Shown one piece after another: positions 39,496-49,208 of a stretch of 64,000 nucleotides of DNA (positions are counted from its first letter, which is position 1; each line of letters begins with the position of its first letter). The notes beneath the pieces are model-generated. The model saw nothing but the letters and a program-made list of their open reading frames with translations, was not told the DNA's origin and did no database searches. The DNA lies in assembly GCA_965222375.1 (NCBI GenBank), contig CBDCTZ010000011.1:160001-224000 (forward strand), in the 5' to 3' direction. Source of the stretch: Polyangiaceae bacterium. Its GTDB lineage: Bacteria > Myxococcota_A > Polyangia > Polyangiales > Polyangiaceae. A program made the position numbers and the translations under genes.

Positions 39496-40905
39496 CTAGG
39501 GGCTGACGGTTGCAGCCTCCGAAGGCTGGCCGGTTTCATGGAAGAACTTGGCGAACAAGCGCGTGATCATTGCGCTGCGGTATTCGGCGCTGCCACGGTG
39601 ATCGGACATGGGCGAGAACGCCTTGCTGAGCAAAAGCGTCGCAGCGCTGAGGGCGGCGCTGTCCCACTTTTTTCCCAGTAGGGCGTTCTCCGCCTCGAGG
39701 GCGCGCACCGGCGTCGCGGCCACGCCACCGTAGGCCAGGCGGGCGGCTGTGATCCTGCCTCGTGAATCGAGACGCAAGCTGAAACCCGCGGCCACCGTCG
39801 AGATGTCGTCCAGCACCCGTTTGCTGACCTTGTAGAAGCGTTGGAGCTGCGGCGCGGGCAACGGGATGTGGACTGTGGCGATGAGCTCGCCCGGTGCCAG
39901 CGCGGTCTTCCGATAGCCCTTGAAGAAGTCGGCCAGGGGCACCCGTCGTTCGCCGCTCGCGCTCACCAAGCCGAGCTCTGCATCGAGCGCAAGCAAGGCT
40001 GGCGGACTGTCGCCGATGGGTGACGCCGTACCGAGGTTGCCACCCAAAGTGGCGCGGTTTCGAATCAACCGCGACGAAAACAATGGAAAGAGCTGCTCCA
40101 ACATCGCCAGCTTGCCGACAACTCGTCGTTCGATCTCGGATAGCGGCAACCCCGCGCCGATGCACAACTCGTCCTGGCCGAAGCTCCACACTTGAAGCTC
40201 GGACACGTTTTCCAAGGAAATCAGCTTGGTGTGGGTGATGGCACGCTGGTTGATATCAACAACCACGTCGGTGCCACCGCTCAAGATGCTTGCGTCGGAA
40301 TGCTGTTTCAGCAGATCGAGAGCGTCGGCGAGTCTTGTCGGGCGAAAGAAGGCGTGGCCAGACGCGGCGGACACCGGGGCAGGCTCAGGCGGCGCGAGTT
40401 CCAGGCGTCGCCGGTGAGGATCCCCCGCTTTGGGTTCGCTCAGGCCTCGTGCGGCGTCCCGAATTGGGCGGTACCCGGTGCAGCGGCATAGGTTTCCGCT
40501 GATGGCCTCGGAATCGTAGTTGTCGCGATCTTTACGATAGTACTCCGCAAACAGGCTCATGATGAAGCCTGGGGTGCAGTAGCCGCATTGAGAGCCGCCG
40601 AGCTCCACCATGGATTGCTGGACTGGGTGTAGAGCATCGCCGTGCTTCACGCCCTCGACGGTGATGACCTCCTGCCCCAGGGCAGAACCAAGCAGGAGCA
40701 GGCAACTGTTCACCGGCTCGTATCGTGCGGCGCCGGCAGCATCACTGCGCACCAGCACGACGGCACACGCGCCGCACTCGCCTTCCGCGCAACCCTCCTT
40801 CGTGCCGGTTAGGCCGCGCTCGCGAAGGAAGTGAAGCAGCGGTTGATGAAGGTCCGCCTCGCTCACGTCGATGCGACTGCTGTTCACGGTCAGCTCGAGA
40901 GTCAT
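39496..40905 (-). CDS. xdhA: Xanthine dehydrogenase small subunit (2Fe-2S + FAD)
   Basis: GTKEGCAEGECGAC, QCGYCTPG, GNLCRCTGY, IRNRATLGGN, YKVSKR..DDIS. Confidence 0.95.
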   Translation of the reverse strand: MTLELTVNSSRIDVSEADLHQPLLHFLRERGLTGTKEGCAEGECGACAVVLVRSDAAGAARYEPVNSCLLLLGSALGQEVITVEGVKHGDALHPVQQSMVELGGSQCGYCTPGFIMSLFAEYYRKDRDNYDSEAISGNLCRCTGYRPIRDAARGLSEPKAGDPHRRRLELAPPEPAPVSAASGHAFFRPTRLADALDLLKQHSDASILSGGTDVVVDINQRAITHTKLISLENVSELQVWSFGQDELCIGAGLPLSEIERRVVGKLAMLEQLFPLFSSRLIRNRATLGGNLGTASPIGDSPPALLALDAELGLVSASGERRVPLADFFKGYRKTALAPGELIATVHIPLPAPQLQRFYKVSKRVLDDISTVAAGFSLRLDSRGRITAARLAYGGVAATPVRALEAENALLGKKWDSAALSAATLLLSKAFSPMSDHRGSAEYRSAMITRLFAKFFHETGQPSEAATVSP

Positions 40906-40948
40906 GAGCTCGCACTGTACCAGGCTTTGCGCGGGAACCGGGGCGCTC

Positions 40949-43018
40949 TCAGCGACAGGAGAGTGCGCTGCCCCAGAGTTCGACCCTTCCGGCACCGACC
41001 CGAAAGTGCGCCGCCAAGACTCGGTTCTGGCGCGCGATCAACGCACCCGGTGCATCCGCGACACCCACCGACGAAAGCTCCAGTACCGGTCCCTGGGGCG
41101 ACAGATCACGGGCTAGGGTGCGTCCGCGCAGCCGCTGAGCGCCGGGGGCACCGGCCACCCAGCTCAAGACGTATCCCCGATCGAACGCGATCAAGCTCGG
41201 GTGTCGCTCGGCCTCGGTGCTTGGGGTCTCATCGACGCGTCGTAGCTTGGCCGGGAGCTTTCCGTGGTCCGCTCTTGCCACATAGATGTGTTTCGGTTCG
41301 CCGCGCAGGCCTCCCGCAACGGCCAAGGCGATGGAGTCGTCGTTGCTAGCCAGCACCGGGCGTTCGGCTTCGCGGGGTCCAAGGTCTACGCGCACGAGAG
41401 CCGTTGCACGAGAGCCGTTCGGACCCAACCAGCCGAAGACGGCATCCTTCGAGCTGCTCCCTCGGCGAAAAGCCACTGCGGTACCAATCCGGGGAACTGT
41501 GACGAACTCGGGTTCGCCCATGTCCGAATAGTTGCCTGTCCAAACCAGGCTGGGCTCCCGCCCCGGATCGACTCGGACAATTCCGGCGCGCGTATAGCCG
41601 AGTTTGTAGGGAGGGTTCGCGGGAGCGGTTCGCAACATTCGGATGCGAGGATCCTGTGAGTTGACTACGAAAGTCGCAGGAGAGCGCCCTGGCAAGGGTG
41701 TGACCCGAAGTACGGGGCCCGCCAGAGTGTCGGCGAGCCGGACCTCCGTGGAGAGGTCCTGCGTGTTGACGATCAGACCACGCGCTTCGTTCCGGTCTGC
41801 GGCGACTCCAACCGCGACCAGACCCATCCCCGGCGCGGTCGCCACTTGGGGGCGGACTTGAGGCAGCGCCTGCGCCGACAGCAGTCGCGGTGGCAGTACC
41901 AGGCGGCATCGAGGGGCCGTTGCCGCCATCTCGTTGGTTGTGGCGGCAGCCGCAGCCTTCGGGCGCTTCACCTGAGGTGGGGGCCCGGGCGGTGCGTCTG
42001 TGTCCCGCAGGAGCAGAAAGAGCAGGGCAGCGATCAGTCCGCCGAAGGTCAGAGCGCCGAAGACGCCAACCGCGGCCGCGAGAAGGGTGCGGTCTTTGGT
42101 GACGTCCAGCGGGGAGGGTGACAGGGATGGGTGCGCGGGTCGCGGCGCTCCCGGGGGCGCGATGCTGCCTTTTGGCACGAAAGAGTGCATCTCCGGGCGA
42201 CCGACTTCGACTTCAGGTGCTGGCGGGTGACTTGGCTGCGGCCAGGCGGGCGGAGCGGATTGCTTGGGCGCCTCGGGGAAGGACCCAGGCACCGGCGGCA
42301 TTGGCACCGGTTGCGGCGATACCAAGGTGCTCGCTCGGGGAGGCGCGGAGGCTTCGGTTTCGATCGGCGACAATGCGGCAGAGATCTCGATATCCGCGTC
42401 AGCCTCGCTGGAGCGGCTGAGGCGCATGCTGTCTTGCTTGGGTACCAGGTTGAAGGGCCGGCTCATGGGCGGAACTAGCGGAATGGGTTGAGTCGGTAGT
42501 GGTGGGCTGGGAGGGCGAGGCAGTGTCCAGGCTTCCGCGGAGTCTACCGGCACGAGGTCTGGTGGCGCTTGGTCTGCAAAGCTAGGAAGGCTGCCGCGAC
42601 GCTCTAGGGTCTGTGCGTCATCCAGGAGATCCGGCTCGTTGGTTGCCGGACGGCGCTCCAGCGTCTTGGCGGCGTCGAAACCGGGGCTAGGCCTTGGCAA
42701 TCCGCGCCTGCGAGGCAGAGGGCGAGGGTTGGGCGCCGGTCGACGTTCGAGGGTCCGCGCGTCATCCAGGGATTCCTGTTCGGTCTCGCTGGTTCGTGTC
42801 GTGTAGAAATCCGAGTTCGTGATCTCGCTGAAGCTGGGTGCGCGCTGCTCCAGGGTCTTTGCGTCCGCGCTCGGTTCGCCCGCGAAGTCTGCGATGCCCA
42901 TGATCTGCGCTGGGCCATCGTCGGGCACAAACACGCGTACCGTGGGCCCGTCGTCCACGTCGGCGTCGGAATCGAAGGGCTCCGTGGGCCCATCCCTCTC
43001 GCCGAAGGGTTTTTTCAC
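40949..43018 (-). CDS. Hypothetical single-pass membrane protein with acidic/Pro-rich N-terminus and beta-rich extracellular domain
   Basis: 689 aa ORF; four DxxTLE(R/Q)R repeats; central TM. Confidence 0.7.
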   Translation of the reverse strand: MKKPFGERDGPTEPFDSDADVDDGPTVRVFVPDDGPAQIMGIADFAGEPSADAKTLEQRAPSFSEITNSDFYTTRTSETEQESLDDARTLERRPAPNPRPLPRRRGLPRPSPGFDAAKTLERRPATNEPDLLDDAQTLERRGSLPSFADQAPPDLVPVDSAEAWTLPRPPSPPLPTQPIPLVPPMSRPFNLVPKQDSMRLSRSSEADADIEISAALSPIETEASAPPRASTLVSPQPVPMPPVPGSFPEAPKQSAPPAWPQPSHPPAPEVEVGRPEMHSFVPKGSIAPPGAPRPAHPSLSPSPLDVTKDRTLLAAAVGVFGALTFGGLIAALLFLLLRDTDAPPGPPPQVKRPKAAAAATTNEMAATAPRCRLVLPPRLLSAQALPQVRPQVATAPGMGLVAVGVAADRNEARGLIVNTQDLSTEVRLADTLAGPVLRVTPLPGRSPATFVVNSQDPRIRMLRTAPANPPYKLGYTRAGIVRVDPGREPSLVWTGNYSDMGEPEFVTVPRIGTAVAFRRGSSSKDAVFGWLGPNGSRATALVRVDLGPREAERPVLASNDDSIALAVAGGLRGEPKHIYVARADHGKLPAKLRRVDETPSTEAERHPSLIAFDRGYVLSWVAGAPGAQRLRGRTLARDLSPQGPVLELSSVGVADAPGALIARQNRVLAAHFRVGAGRVELWGSALSCR

Positions 43019-43132
43019 GCCTCACAAGGTATCCCTGCTGACCGAAGCTGTCACGGCTTGGGCCCAGAGCGCCAAAAGCTGACGTGCCTGGCGAACTCGG
43101 GGGATGCCTCTCTTGGGGAGTTCAGGCTTTAG

Positions 43133-43999
43133 TTAGCTTCCTTCGCCGGGGGTCTGCAAAGCGGCTGCGGCGGCTTCGGGGCTGAGCGCGCCCTTCAAAA
43201 CCCGCGAAAGCTCCGGTGCATCCACGGCGCGCATGTGGGCCGCGGGCTGTCCGTGGCGCAGGGCAATGAGCTCCGCGAGGATGCTGACGGCAATCTCCTC
43301 TGGGCTGACGGCTCCTAGATCCAAACCGACGGGTGCGTAAACGCGCTCGAGATTCGGAACGGTTGTACGTTGGGCGATGCGTTGCAGGGTTCGGAACACC
43401 TTACGCCGGCTTCCGATCATCCCAATGTAGCGGTGAGGCAGCCTGGCGTAGGTGTCTAGCGCTTCCTCATCGAGCCGGTGGTCGTGAGTGATGATCAAGA
43501 GCCAGTCCGAATCGTTCGGTGCCAGGGCCTTGGCGGCTTCCTTTGGCTCTGCGAGCACATGTGCGCAGCCCGGGAATCGCTTTTCGGTATTCAGTTCTTC
43601 GCGGTCGTCTATCACCGTCACCGCAAAGCCCAGTGTGCTTGCCAGGGCAGCCGTGGGCTGGGCGACGTGGCCGGCGCCGAACACCAGTAGACGCTGGGTG
43701 GCTTCCACGGGTTCGACAAATACCTCCATGGTTCCGCCGCAGCACATCCCGAGATCCCGTGCCAAGTCAAAGCGGTGAAGGCCCGGCCGTCCATCTCGCA
43801 AGCAGGTTTCCAACCGCTCCAAGACCGCCTTCTCCACGGCCCCGCCGCCCACGGTGCCGATCCCTTCGCCGTCAGCGTTGAGCAACAGCCGCGCCCCGGG
43901 GGTCTGAGGGGTCGAGCCGCTGATCCGCACCACCGTTGCCAGCGCGGCGCGCCGGCCTCGGGACAGCGCTTCGAGCAGTGCTTCGGCGACCTTTCGCAT
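43133..43999 (-). CDS. xdhC: Xanthine dehydrogenase accessory protein
   Basis: GSTP, GTVGGG, LGMCCGG, FGAGHVA, YIGMIGSRRK, PVGLDLGAVSPEEIA. Confidence 0.93.
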   Translation of the reverse strand: MRKVAEALLEALSRGRRAALATVVRISGSTPQTPGARLLLNADGEGIGTVGGGAVEKAVLERLETCLRDGRPGLHRFDLARDLGMCCGGTMEVFVEPVEATQRLLVFGAGHVAQPTAALASTLGFAVTVIDDREELNTEKRFPGCAHVLAEPKEAAKALAPNDSDWLLIITHDHRLDEEALDTYARLPHRYIGMIGSRRKVFRTLQRIAQRTTVPNLERVYAPVGLDLGAVSPEEIAVSILAELIALRHGQPAAHMRAVDAPELSRVLKGALSPEAAAAALQTPGEGS

Positions 44000-44123
44000 G
44001 CCGACAATTGTGCCATCCGGGGCCGGTTTGTGACGACCGCCGCCAAGTCCGAGCCGAACTGGTGGTGCTTATGCGGGTGCCATTCGAGTTGACAGTTGCT
44101 GCCTCTTGCCGGTAAATCATTGA

Positions 44124-47100
44124 ATGGAGGCGCGTTCCCAGCTGTCACCTTTGTTGACAGATCCCTCCGCCCTGCACCCCAAGCGGGGGCCAGCGGCTGA
44201 GGGCGCGACCTCGATGGTGTTCCGGATCCGCCACGGCGGCGTCAACGTGGCGCTGAAGGTTGCCAAGGGTGCAGAGCACGATAGGCGCCTAATTGCGGAA
44301 GCGCGGCGGCTCTTGCTCTCGCGCTGTTCGGCGTTGCCTCGCTTGCTAGATGTCGGACGCATCCCTACAGATCGATCCGGGTTGACGGCGGGTCGCGCGT
44401 TCATTGCCCTCGAATGGTGTGATGGCGAACAATCGACTCGCGCCGGGCGGGCGACAGCCAAGCAACGCTTGCGAACTGCGTTGATCGTCGCACGCGACAT
44501 CGCCAGCGCCCTCGACGACCTACACGCCCTGGGCGTCAGCCACGGGGACGTCAAGCCTGACAATGTCCTCTTCGATGCCAAGAAAGAACAGGCAACCCTG
44601 ATTGATCTCGGGCTCGCTGGGCCACTTTCCGTCGTGACGCCCACCGGTGGAACGCCACGGTACTTGCCCCCCGAAACCACTTCGGGAACCGGAGACGGGC
44701 GCGCCCGGGATCTATACGCGTTGGGCATGACCCTCGCGGAAGTCGTGAACCCGGAGTTGCAGGGGTCTCGCATAGCTGCATCTCACGTGGCGAAGTTGCC
44801 GTCAGCGATTCGCGACGTCGTGGCGGCGCTCCTTTCCGTCGCCCCCGCCGCGCGTCCCTCTGCGGACTGGGTAGTGCGGCAGGCGAGTGCGCGGCTGGGG
44901 GCCGGCTCGCAGGAAACTCCGGAGCAATGGGTGACCCGCGCGTATCTTTCCACTCGCAAACGCGACGTCTGGCAGGCCGCTCGCTACGAGGTGTCGTCGA
45001 TCCGGTTCGAGGGAAAGCCCGCAGCATGGCTCAAGGAGGCGATCGAGCTAGGGCAGCGAATTCAGCGTGTTTCTGGAGGAGTGCGGGACGAATCGGGCCC
45101 GCTGCTGCAACCCCTTGATGCTTTGGGCAGGCGTCGTTTTTTGGTTCAGCTAGCGGGGCCGCAGGCGGTCGATTGGCCCGCCCCGGACGCGCCCACCGAC
45201 GAGAGCTTGTGCGAGGACTTGCTGGCTAGCTTGGCTCACACTCAGCCGCGAGCGCTCACCTATGCGGCGCTGCGTCATCGCGGCCAGGGCGACACGTCCA
45301 AGTTGCAGGACTCGGCGTACTTGGCGCTTCGCATTGGCGCTGGTGCGGCAGGGCAAGTGGAACTCGATGCAGCGGAGGATGCCTTGCCCGCTCAGCCTAC
45401 CGATACGCTGGCGCTGGCGTTGTCTCGAGCCCTCCGCTTGCGTGGGGAGCTCGGCCGCTCCATGGCAGTGCTGACACCTCTGAAGTCTCCCCTTGCCGAT
45501 CTAGAGCGCGCAGAAACCCTGCGTCGAGCCCGCGACTGGGACACTTCCCTATCGGTGTTGGATTCTCTAGGCGCCACCGGCGTCAGCCCGACGGAGCAAA
45601 TGCGCGGTCGGGCGATTCGAGCTCGCATCGAGTTGGACCGAGGTCGAGTGGATTCGGCGCGAAGCGTGCTCGGCAAAGAGCAAGACTCGAGTGAAGAAGT
45701 GCTGGAGGTGCGTGCGTTGCTGGAGGTGCGTGCCGGGAAGTTCGAGCAAGCGCGGTGGCACGCACAAGCCGGCCTTGCTACCGCGCACACGGCGGAGAGC
45801 CGCGCGCGGCTCTCTGCCGTGTTGGGGTACGTGACGCACGCGGAGGGGCGGCCGGACCTGGCCATCGACCACTTTGCTCAGTCCGTGAGTCAAGCGTCGC
45901 GAGCCGGGGCGGTGTTGGAAGAGGCAACCTATCTGACCGGTCTGGCCGCCGCGGCGGTGGACGCAGGAAACGCGGACCGGGCGCTGTATGCGTCGGAGCG
46001 TGGTGCCCTGCTATTCGAGGCCTTGGGGCGCGATTCCGAGGCGGCCCGGGCTCACTTGGCTCGGGGGAGCCTGCTCTCGACCCTCGGCGCGTCCACGGAA
46101 GCGACGGAGGCTGCCAACGAAACCCTCTCTCGCGCGCGGGACGCGGGTGATGATCTATGCCGCGCCTACGCGCACCTCTGCCTGGCCGACATCACCCTGG
46201 GAACCCCAGACGAAGTCGAACACGCCGAGCGCGCCCATACACTGCTGCCCGAACAGAGCGACGACGATGCACTGCGGATCGCAAGCCGCCGATGGCGCGC
46301 GGGAGTGCTGCCCGAAGACGAGCTGGCGACTTGGGACGAGCGGGCCGCGTCCTTGCAGCGAGCACTGGACGCACGCTTGGATTGGTGGGGCGCGCGCGCC
46401 GCTGTGGAGAGCACGCGTGCCGAGACAAGGCGCGCGGACGTAATCTTCTCGGAGCTGACTGCCCTCGTGGCTACCCCCGCACCGGTCGCCGCCCTGGGCC
46501 GAGCTGCGGCCAACGCTGCGCGCTTGGCCGCACGGCTCTCGGATGGTGAGCGCACTCGCCGTTTCGCGCGCGCCGCGCGCCGCGCCCTGGACATATTGAA
46601 GCAACACGCGCCACCGGAATTGGCGCTTCGGGTCGAAGCAGCTCCCTGGTGGCAGGTCGTTCCCCCTGCTCCAGAAGCGGAGCTGGCCCCGGAACAAATC
46701 GCTGCGGTGGAGAACCTGGTTCGGGCACTGGCCGGACGCGAGCGCCTGCGCCCGCTGCTGGATCAGGTGCTCGATGCGCTCGTACTCTGGACGGGTGTAG
46801 AGCGCGGGCTCTTGTTGCTCAAGGCTCCAGGCGGGCGTCTGGTGCCCCGGGCCGCTCGCAACTTGGCTCGGGGAGATCTGGTTGGAGAACAGCTTGCGCT
46901 CAGCACCTCCCTGTCGGAGCGAGCTCTGGAACAAGGCGAGCCCGTCGTGGCCGTGGACGCAGCCGGCGAACTGTCGCAGGTGCATCAGAGCGTGCATGCA
47001 CTGAAGTTGCGCAGCGTGCTTGCGGTGCCACTGATCGCTCGCGGTGAGGCTCTTGGGGTGGTCTACCTGGACGATCGGGTGCGTCGGGGCGCCTTTGGCG

Positions 47101-48335
47101 TCCGCGAGTTGGGTTGGGTTCGGCTCGTCGCAAGCCTGGCCGCACTGGCTATCGCCGACGCGCGAGATCAACTGCTGCTACGTCGCACCGCACGGCGAGC
47201 TCAGCGCGCCGAGGCCCGACTGGCGTCTCGCTTGGCTCGCAGCGAGGCACAGCTGGAAGTCGTGAGCCGAGAGCTGTCCAGTCACCGTGACAACTCACAC
47301 CCGAGCATTGTGGGCGAGAGTGTGGCGATCCGAAAGCTGCTCGACTTGATGAAGCGGGTCGCGCGTTCAGACGTGCCCGTTCTCATCAACGGCGAGTCCG
47401 GCAGCGGCAAGGAACTGGTCGCGCGGGGCATTCACGACGAGTCGCCGCGACGGGAGCGGCCCTTCGTCAGCGAGAACTGCGGCGCCATTCCAGAGCCCTT
47501 ACTGGAAGCGACACTTTTCGGTCACGTCAAGGGAGCGTTCACTGGCGCGGTGCGTGGGCGCGCCGGGCTGTTCGAAGTGGCTGATGGGGGCACCCTCTTC
47601 TTGGACGAGATCGGAGAGATGAGCCCGCCCATGCAGACCAAATTGCTTCGGGTCTTCGAGGACGGCGAAGTGCGTCCAGTTGGCAGCGAATTTGTTCGCA
47701 AAGTGAACGTGCGGATCATCGGTGCCACTCATCGCGATCTGCGCGAACTGGTGCAGGCGGGGCACTTTCGGGAAGATCTGCTGTTCCGATTGGATGTCGT
47801 CAGCTTGCGTGTCCCACCGCTTCGGGAGCGACGCGATGACATTCCACGCCTTGCCGCCCACTTCATGGCAAAGCATGGCCAGCAGCGCCAAGTCACCGTA
47901 TCCGCTCAGGCCGCCGAGGCGCTGGGCGCCTTCGGCTGGCCAGGAAATGTTCGTCAGCTCGAAAACGAAATCCGACGAGCGCTGGTTTTCTGTGACGATG
48001 TGGTGGAGCTAGCGCACCTCTCGGAAGAGATCCGCTCCACGGAGACAGGTGGCTCGGCTAGTCACTTCGACTTGAAGGCACGCCTCGACGCTCTGACCCG
48101 AGAATTGGTCGTCGAAGCGATGGGAAAAACCGAAGACAATCAGACTAAAGCAGCGGAATTGTTGGGAATTTCTAGGTTCGGGCTTTCCAAGATGCTGCAC
48201 CGCCTGGAGATCGATTCCCAGCTGCGAACTTTACCTGAACCCGCCGTACGGCTAAGTCGAACGCCCCGAAGGCATGCACGACCTGATGCCTCCAGCCGAA
48301 CCTCACGCTCCAAACGATCTAGACGGGACCGCTGA
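44124..48335 (+). CDS. Ser/Thr kinase - TPR-like - GAF - sigma54 AAA+ - Fis HTH fusion regulator
   Basis: VALK, HGDVKPDN, DLG, GTPRY; GAF RSVLAVPL..GVVYLD; GESGSGKE, GAFTGA, LFLDEIG, WPGNVRQLEN; NQTKAAELLGISR. Confidence 0.9.
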   Translation: MEARSQLSPLLTDPSALHPKRGPAAEGATSMVFRIRHGGVNVALKVAKGAEHDRRLIAEARRLLLSRCSALPRLLDVGRIPTDRSGLTAGRAFIALEWCDGEQSTRAGRATAKQRLRTALIVARDIASALDDLHALGVSHGDVKPDNVLFDAKKEQATLIDLGLAGPLSVVTPTGGTPRYLPPETTSGTGDGRARDLYALGMTLAEVVNPELQGSRIAASHVAKLPSAIRDVVAALLSVAPAARPSADWVVRQASARLGAGSQETPEQWVTRAYLSTRKRDVWQAARYEVSSIRFEGKPAAWLKEAIELGQRIQRVSGGVRDESGPLLQPLDALGRRRFLVQLAGPQAVDWPAPDAPTDESLCEDLLASLAHTQPRALTYAALRHRGQGDTSKLQDSAYLALRIGAGAAGQVELDAAEDALPAQPTDTLALALSRALRLRGELGRSMAVLTPLKSPLADLERAETLRRARDWDTSLSVLDSLGATGVSPTEQMRGRAIRARIELDRGRVDSARSVLGKEQDSSEEVLEVRALLEVRAGKFEQARWHAQAGLATAHTAESRARLSAVLGYVTHAEGRPDLAIDHFAQSVSQASRAGAVLEEATYLTGLAAAAVDAGNADRALYASERGALLFEALGRDSEAARAHLARGSLLSTLGASTEATEAANETLSRARDAGDDLCRAYAHLCLADITLGTPDEVEHAERAHTLLPEQSDDDALRIASRRWRAGVLPEDELATWDERAASLQRALDARLDWWGARAAVESTRAETRRADVIFSELTALVATPAPVAALGRAAANAARLAARLSDGERTRRFARAARRALDILKQHAPPELALRVEAAPWWQVVPPAPEAELAPEQIAAVENLVRALAGRERLRPLLDQVLDALVLWTGVERGLLLLKAPGGRLVPRAARNLARGDLVGEQLALSTSLSERALEQGEPVVAVDAAGELSQVHQSVHALKLRSVLAVPLIARGEALGVVYLDDRVRRGAFGVRELGWVRLVASLAALAIADARDQLLLRRTARRAQRAEARLASRLARSEAQLEVVSRELSSHRDNSHPSIVGESVAIRKLLDLMKRVARSDVPVLINGESGSGKELVARGIHDESPRRERPFVSENCGAIPEPLLEATLFGHVKGAFTGAVRGRAGLFEVADGGTLFLDEIGEMSPPMQTKLLRVFEDGEVRPVGSEFVRKVNVRIIGATHRDLRELVQAGHFREDLLFRLDVVSLRVPPLRERRDDIPRLAAHFMAKHGQQRQVTVSAQAAEALGAFGWPGNVRQLENEIRRALVFCDDVVELAHLSEEIRSTETGGSASHFDLKARLDALTRELVVEAMGKTEDNQTKAAELLGISRFGLSKMLHRLEIDSQLRTLPEPAVRLSRTPRRHARPDASSRTSRSKRSRRDR

Positions 48336-49200
48336 ACCCGTGTCGCCGAAGAGGGATCCGAACCGGCGCGCGCTCGCACGCCCTGTCTTGAAGTGGGCCG
48401 GGGGCAAGACCCAATTGTTGGATCGCGTCATGGCGCGGCTGCCGCAGCGCATCCAGACTTACTACGAACCCTTCATCGGCGGAGGCGCTGTGTTCTTTGC
48501 GCTCGCCGCGCAAAGGCGCTTCGAACACGCGGTGCTTTCCGACACGAACGAGGATTTGCTTTGTGTGTACCGCGCAATTCAAACAGACGTGAGCGCGCTG
48601 ATCCGGGCGCTGGGCCGACTCGCCAAGGCTCACAGCGAAGAGCACTTCTATGCGGTGCGCGCCAAGAAGCCTCGCAGCTTGGTGCAGCGCGCGGCGCGAA
48701 TGATCTATCTTAACAAGACTGGCTACAACGGTTTGTATCGGGTGAACCGCAGTGGTCAGTTCAACGTGCCTTTTGGACGCTACTCCAAGCCGAGGATCCT
48801 CGATGAAACCGGTCTGCGCGCCGCGGCGCACGCCTTGCAGCGAGTTCAGCTGACGACTTCGGATTTCGAGGAGAGTTGCAGCAAGGCTCGGCGCGGAGAC
48901 GCTGTCTACTTCGACCCGCCGTACATGCCCGTGTCGAAGACCTCGAGCTTCACAGCCTACGACCGTCACCCCTTCGATCTCGGCGAGCACGAACGGCTGG
49001 CCCGGGTGTTTGGAGCTCTCGGACGCCGGGGCGTGCCTGCGGTGCTGTCCAACTCCCTGACCGAGGAAACATCCGCTCTGTACAGCTCATTTCGCCATGA
49101 AATCGTGCAGGTCACCCGCCCCATCAACTGCAAGGCTGGCGGGCGCGGGCGCATTCCGGAGCTGTTGGTTACGAACCGCGTTTCCCGGCGACACGCCTGA
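48274..49200 (+). CDS. DNA adenine methyltransferase (Dam/D12 family), orphan
   Basis: LKWAGGK, YYEPFIGGGAV, YNGLYRVN..GQFNVPFG, VYFDPPY. Confidence 0.93.
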   Translation: MHDLMPPAEPHAPNDLDGTAEPVSPKRDPNRRALARPVLKWAGGKTQLLDRVMARLPQRIQTYYEPFIGGGAVFFALAAQRRFEHAVLSDTNEDLLCVYRAIQTDVSALIRALGRLAKAHSEEHFYAVRAKKPRSLVQRAARMIYLNKTGYNGLYRVNRSGQFNVPFGRYSKPRILDETGLRAAAHALQRVQLTTSDFEESCSKARRGDAVYFDPPYMPVSKTSSFTAYDRHPFDLGEHERLARVFGALGRRGVPAVLSNSLTEETSALYSSFRHEIVQVTRPINCKAGGRGRIPELLVTNRVSRRHA

Positions 49201-49208
49201 CGCGGGCT

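Noticed and set aside
44089..44120. Sigma70 promoter (TTGACA) for the kinase-bEBP
   Set aside because: No convincing -10 hexamer at 16-18 bp spacing
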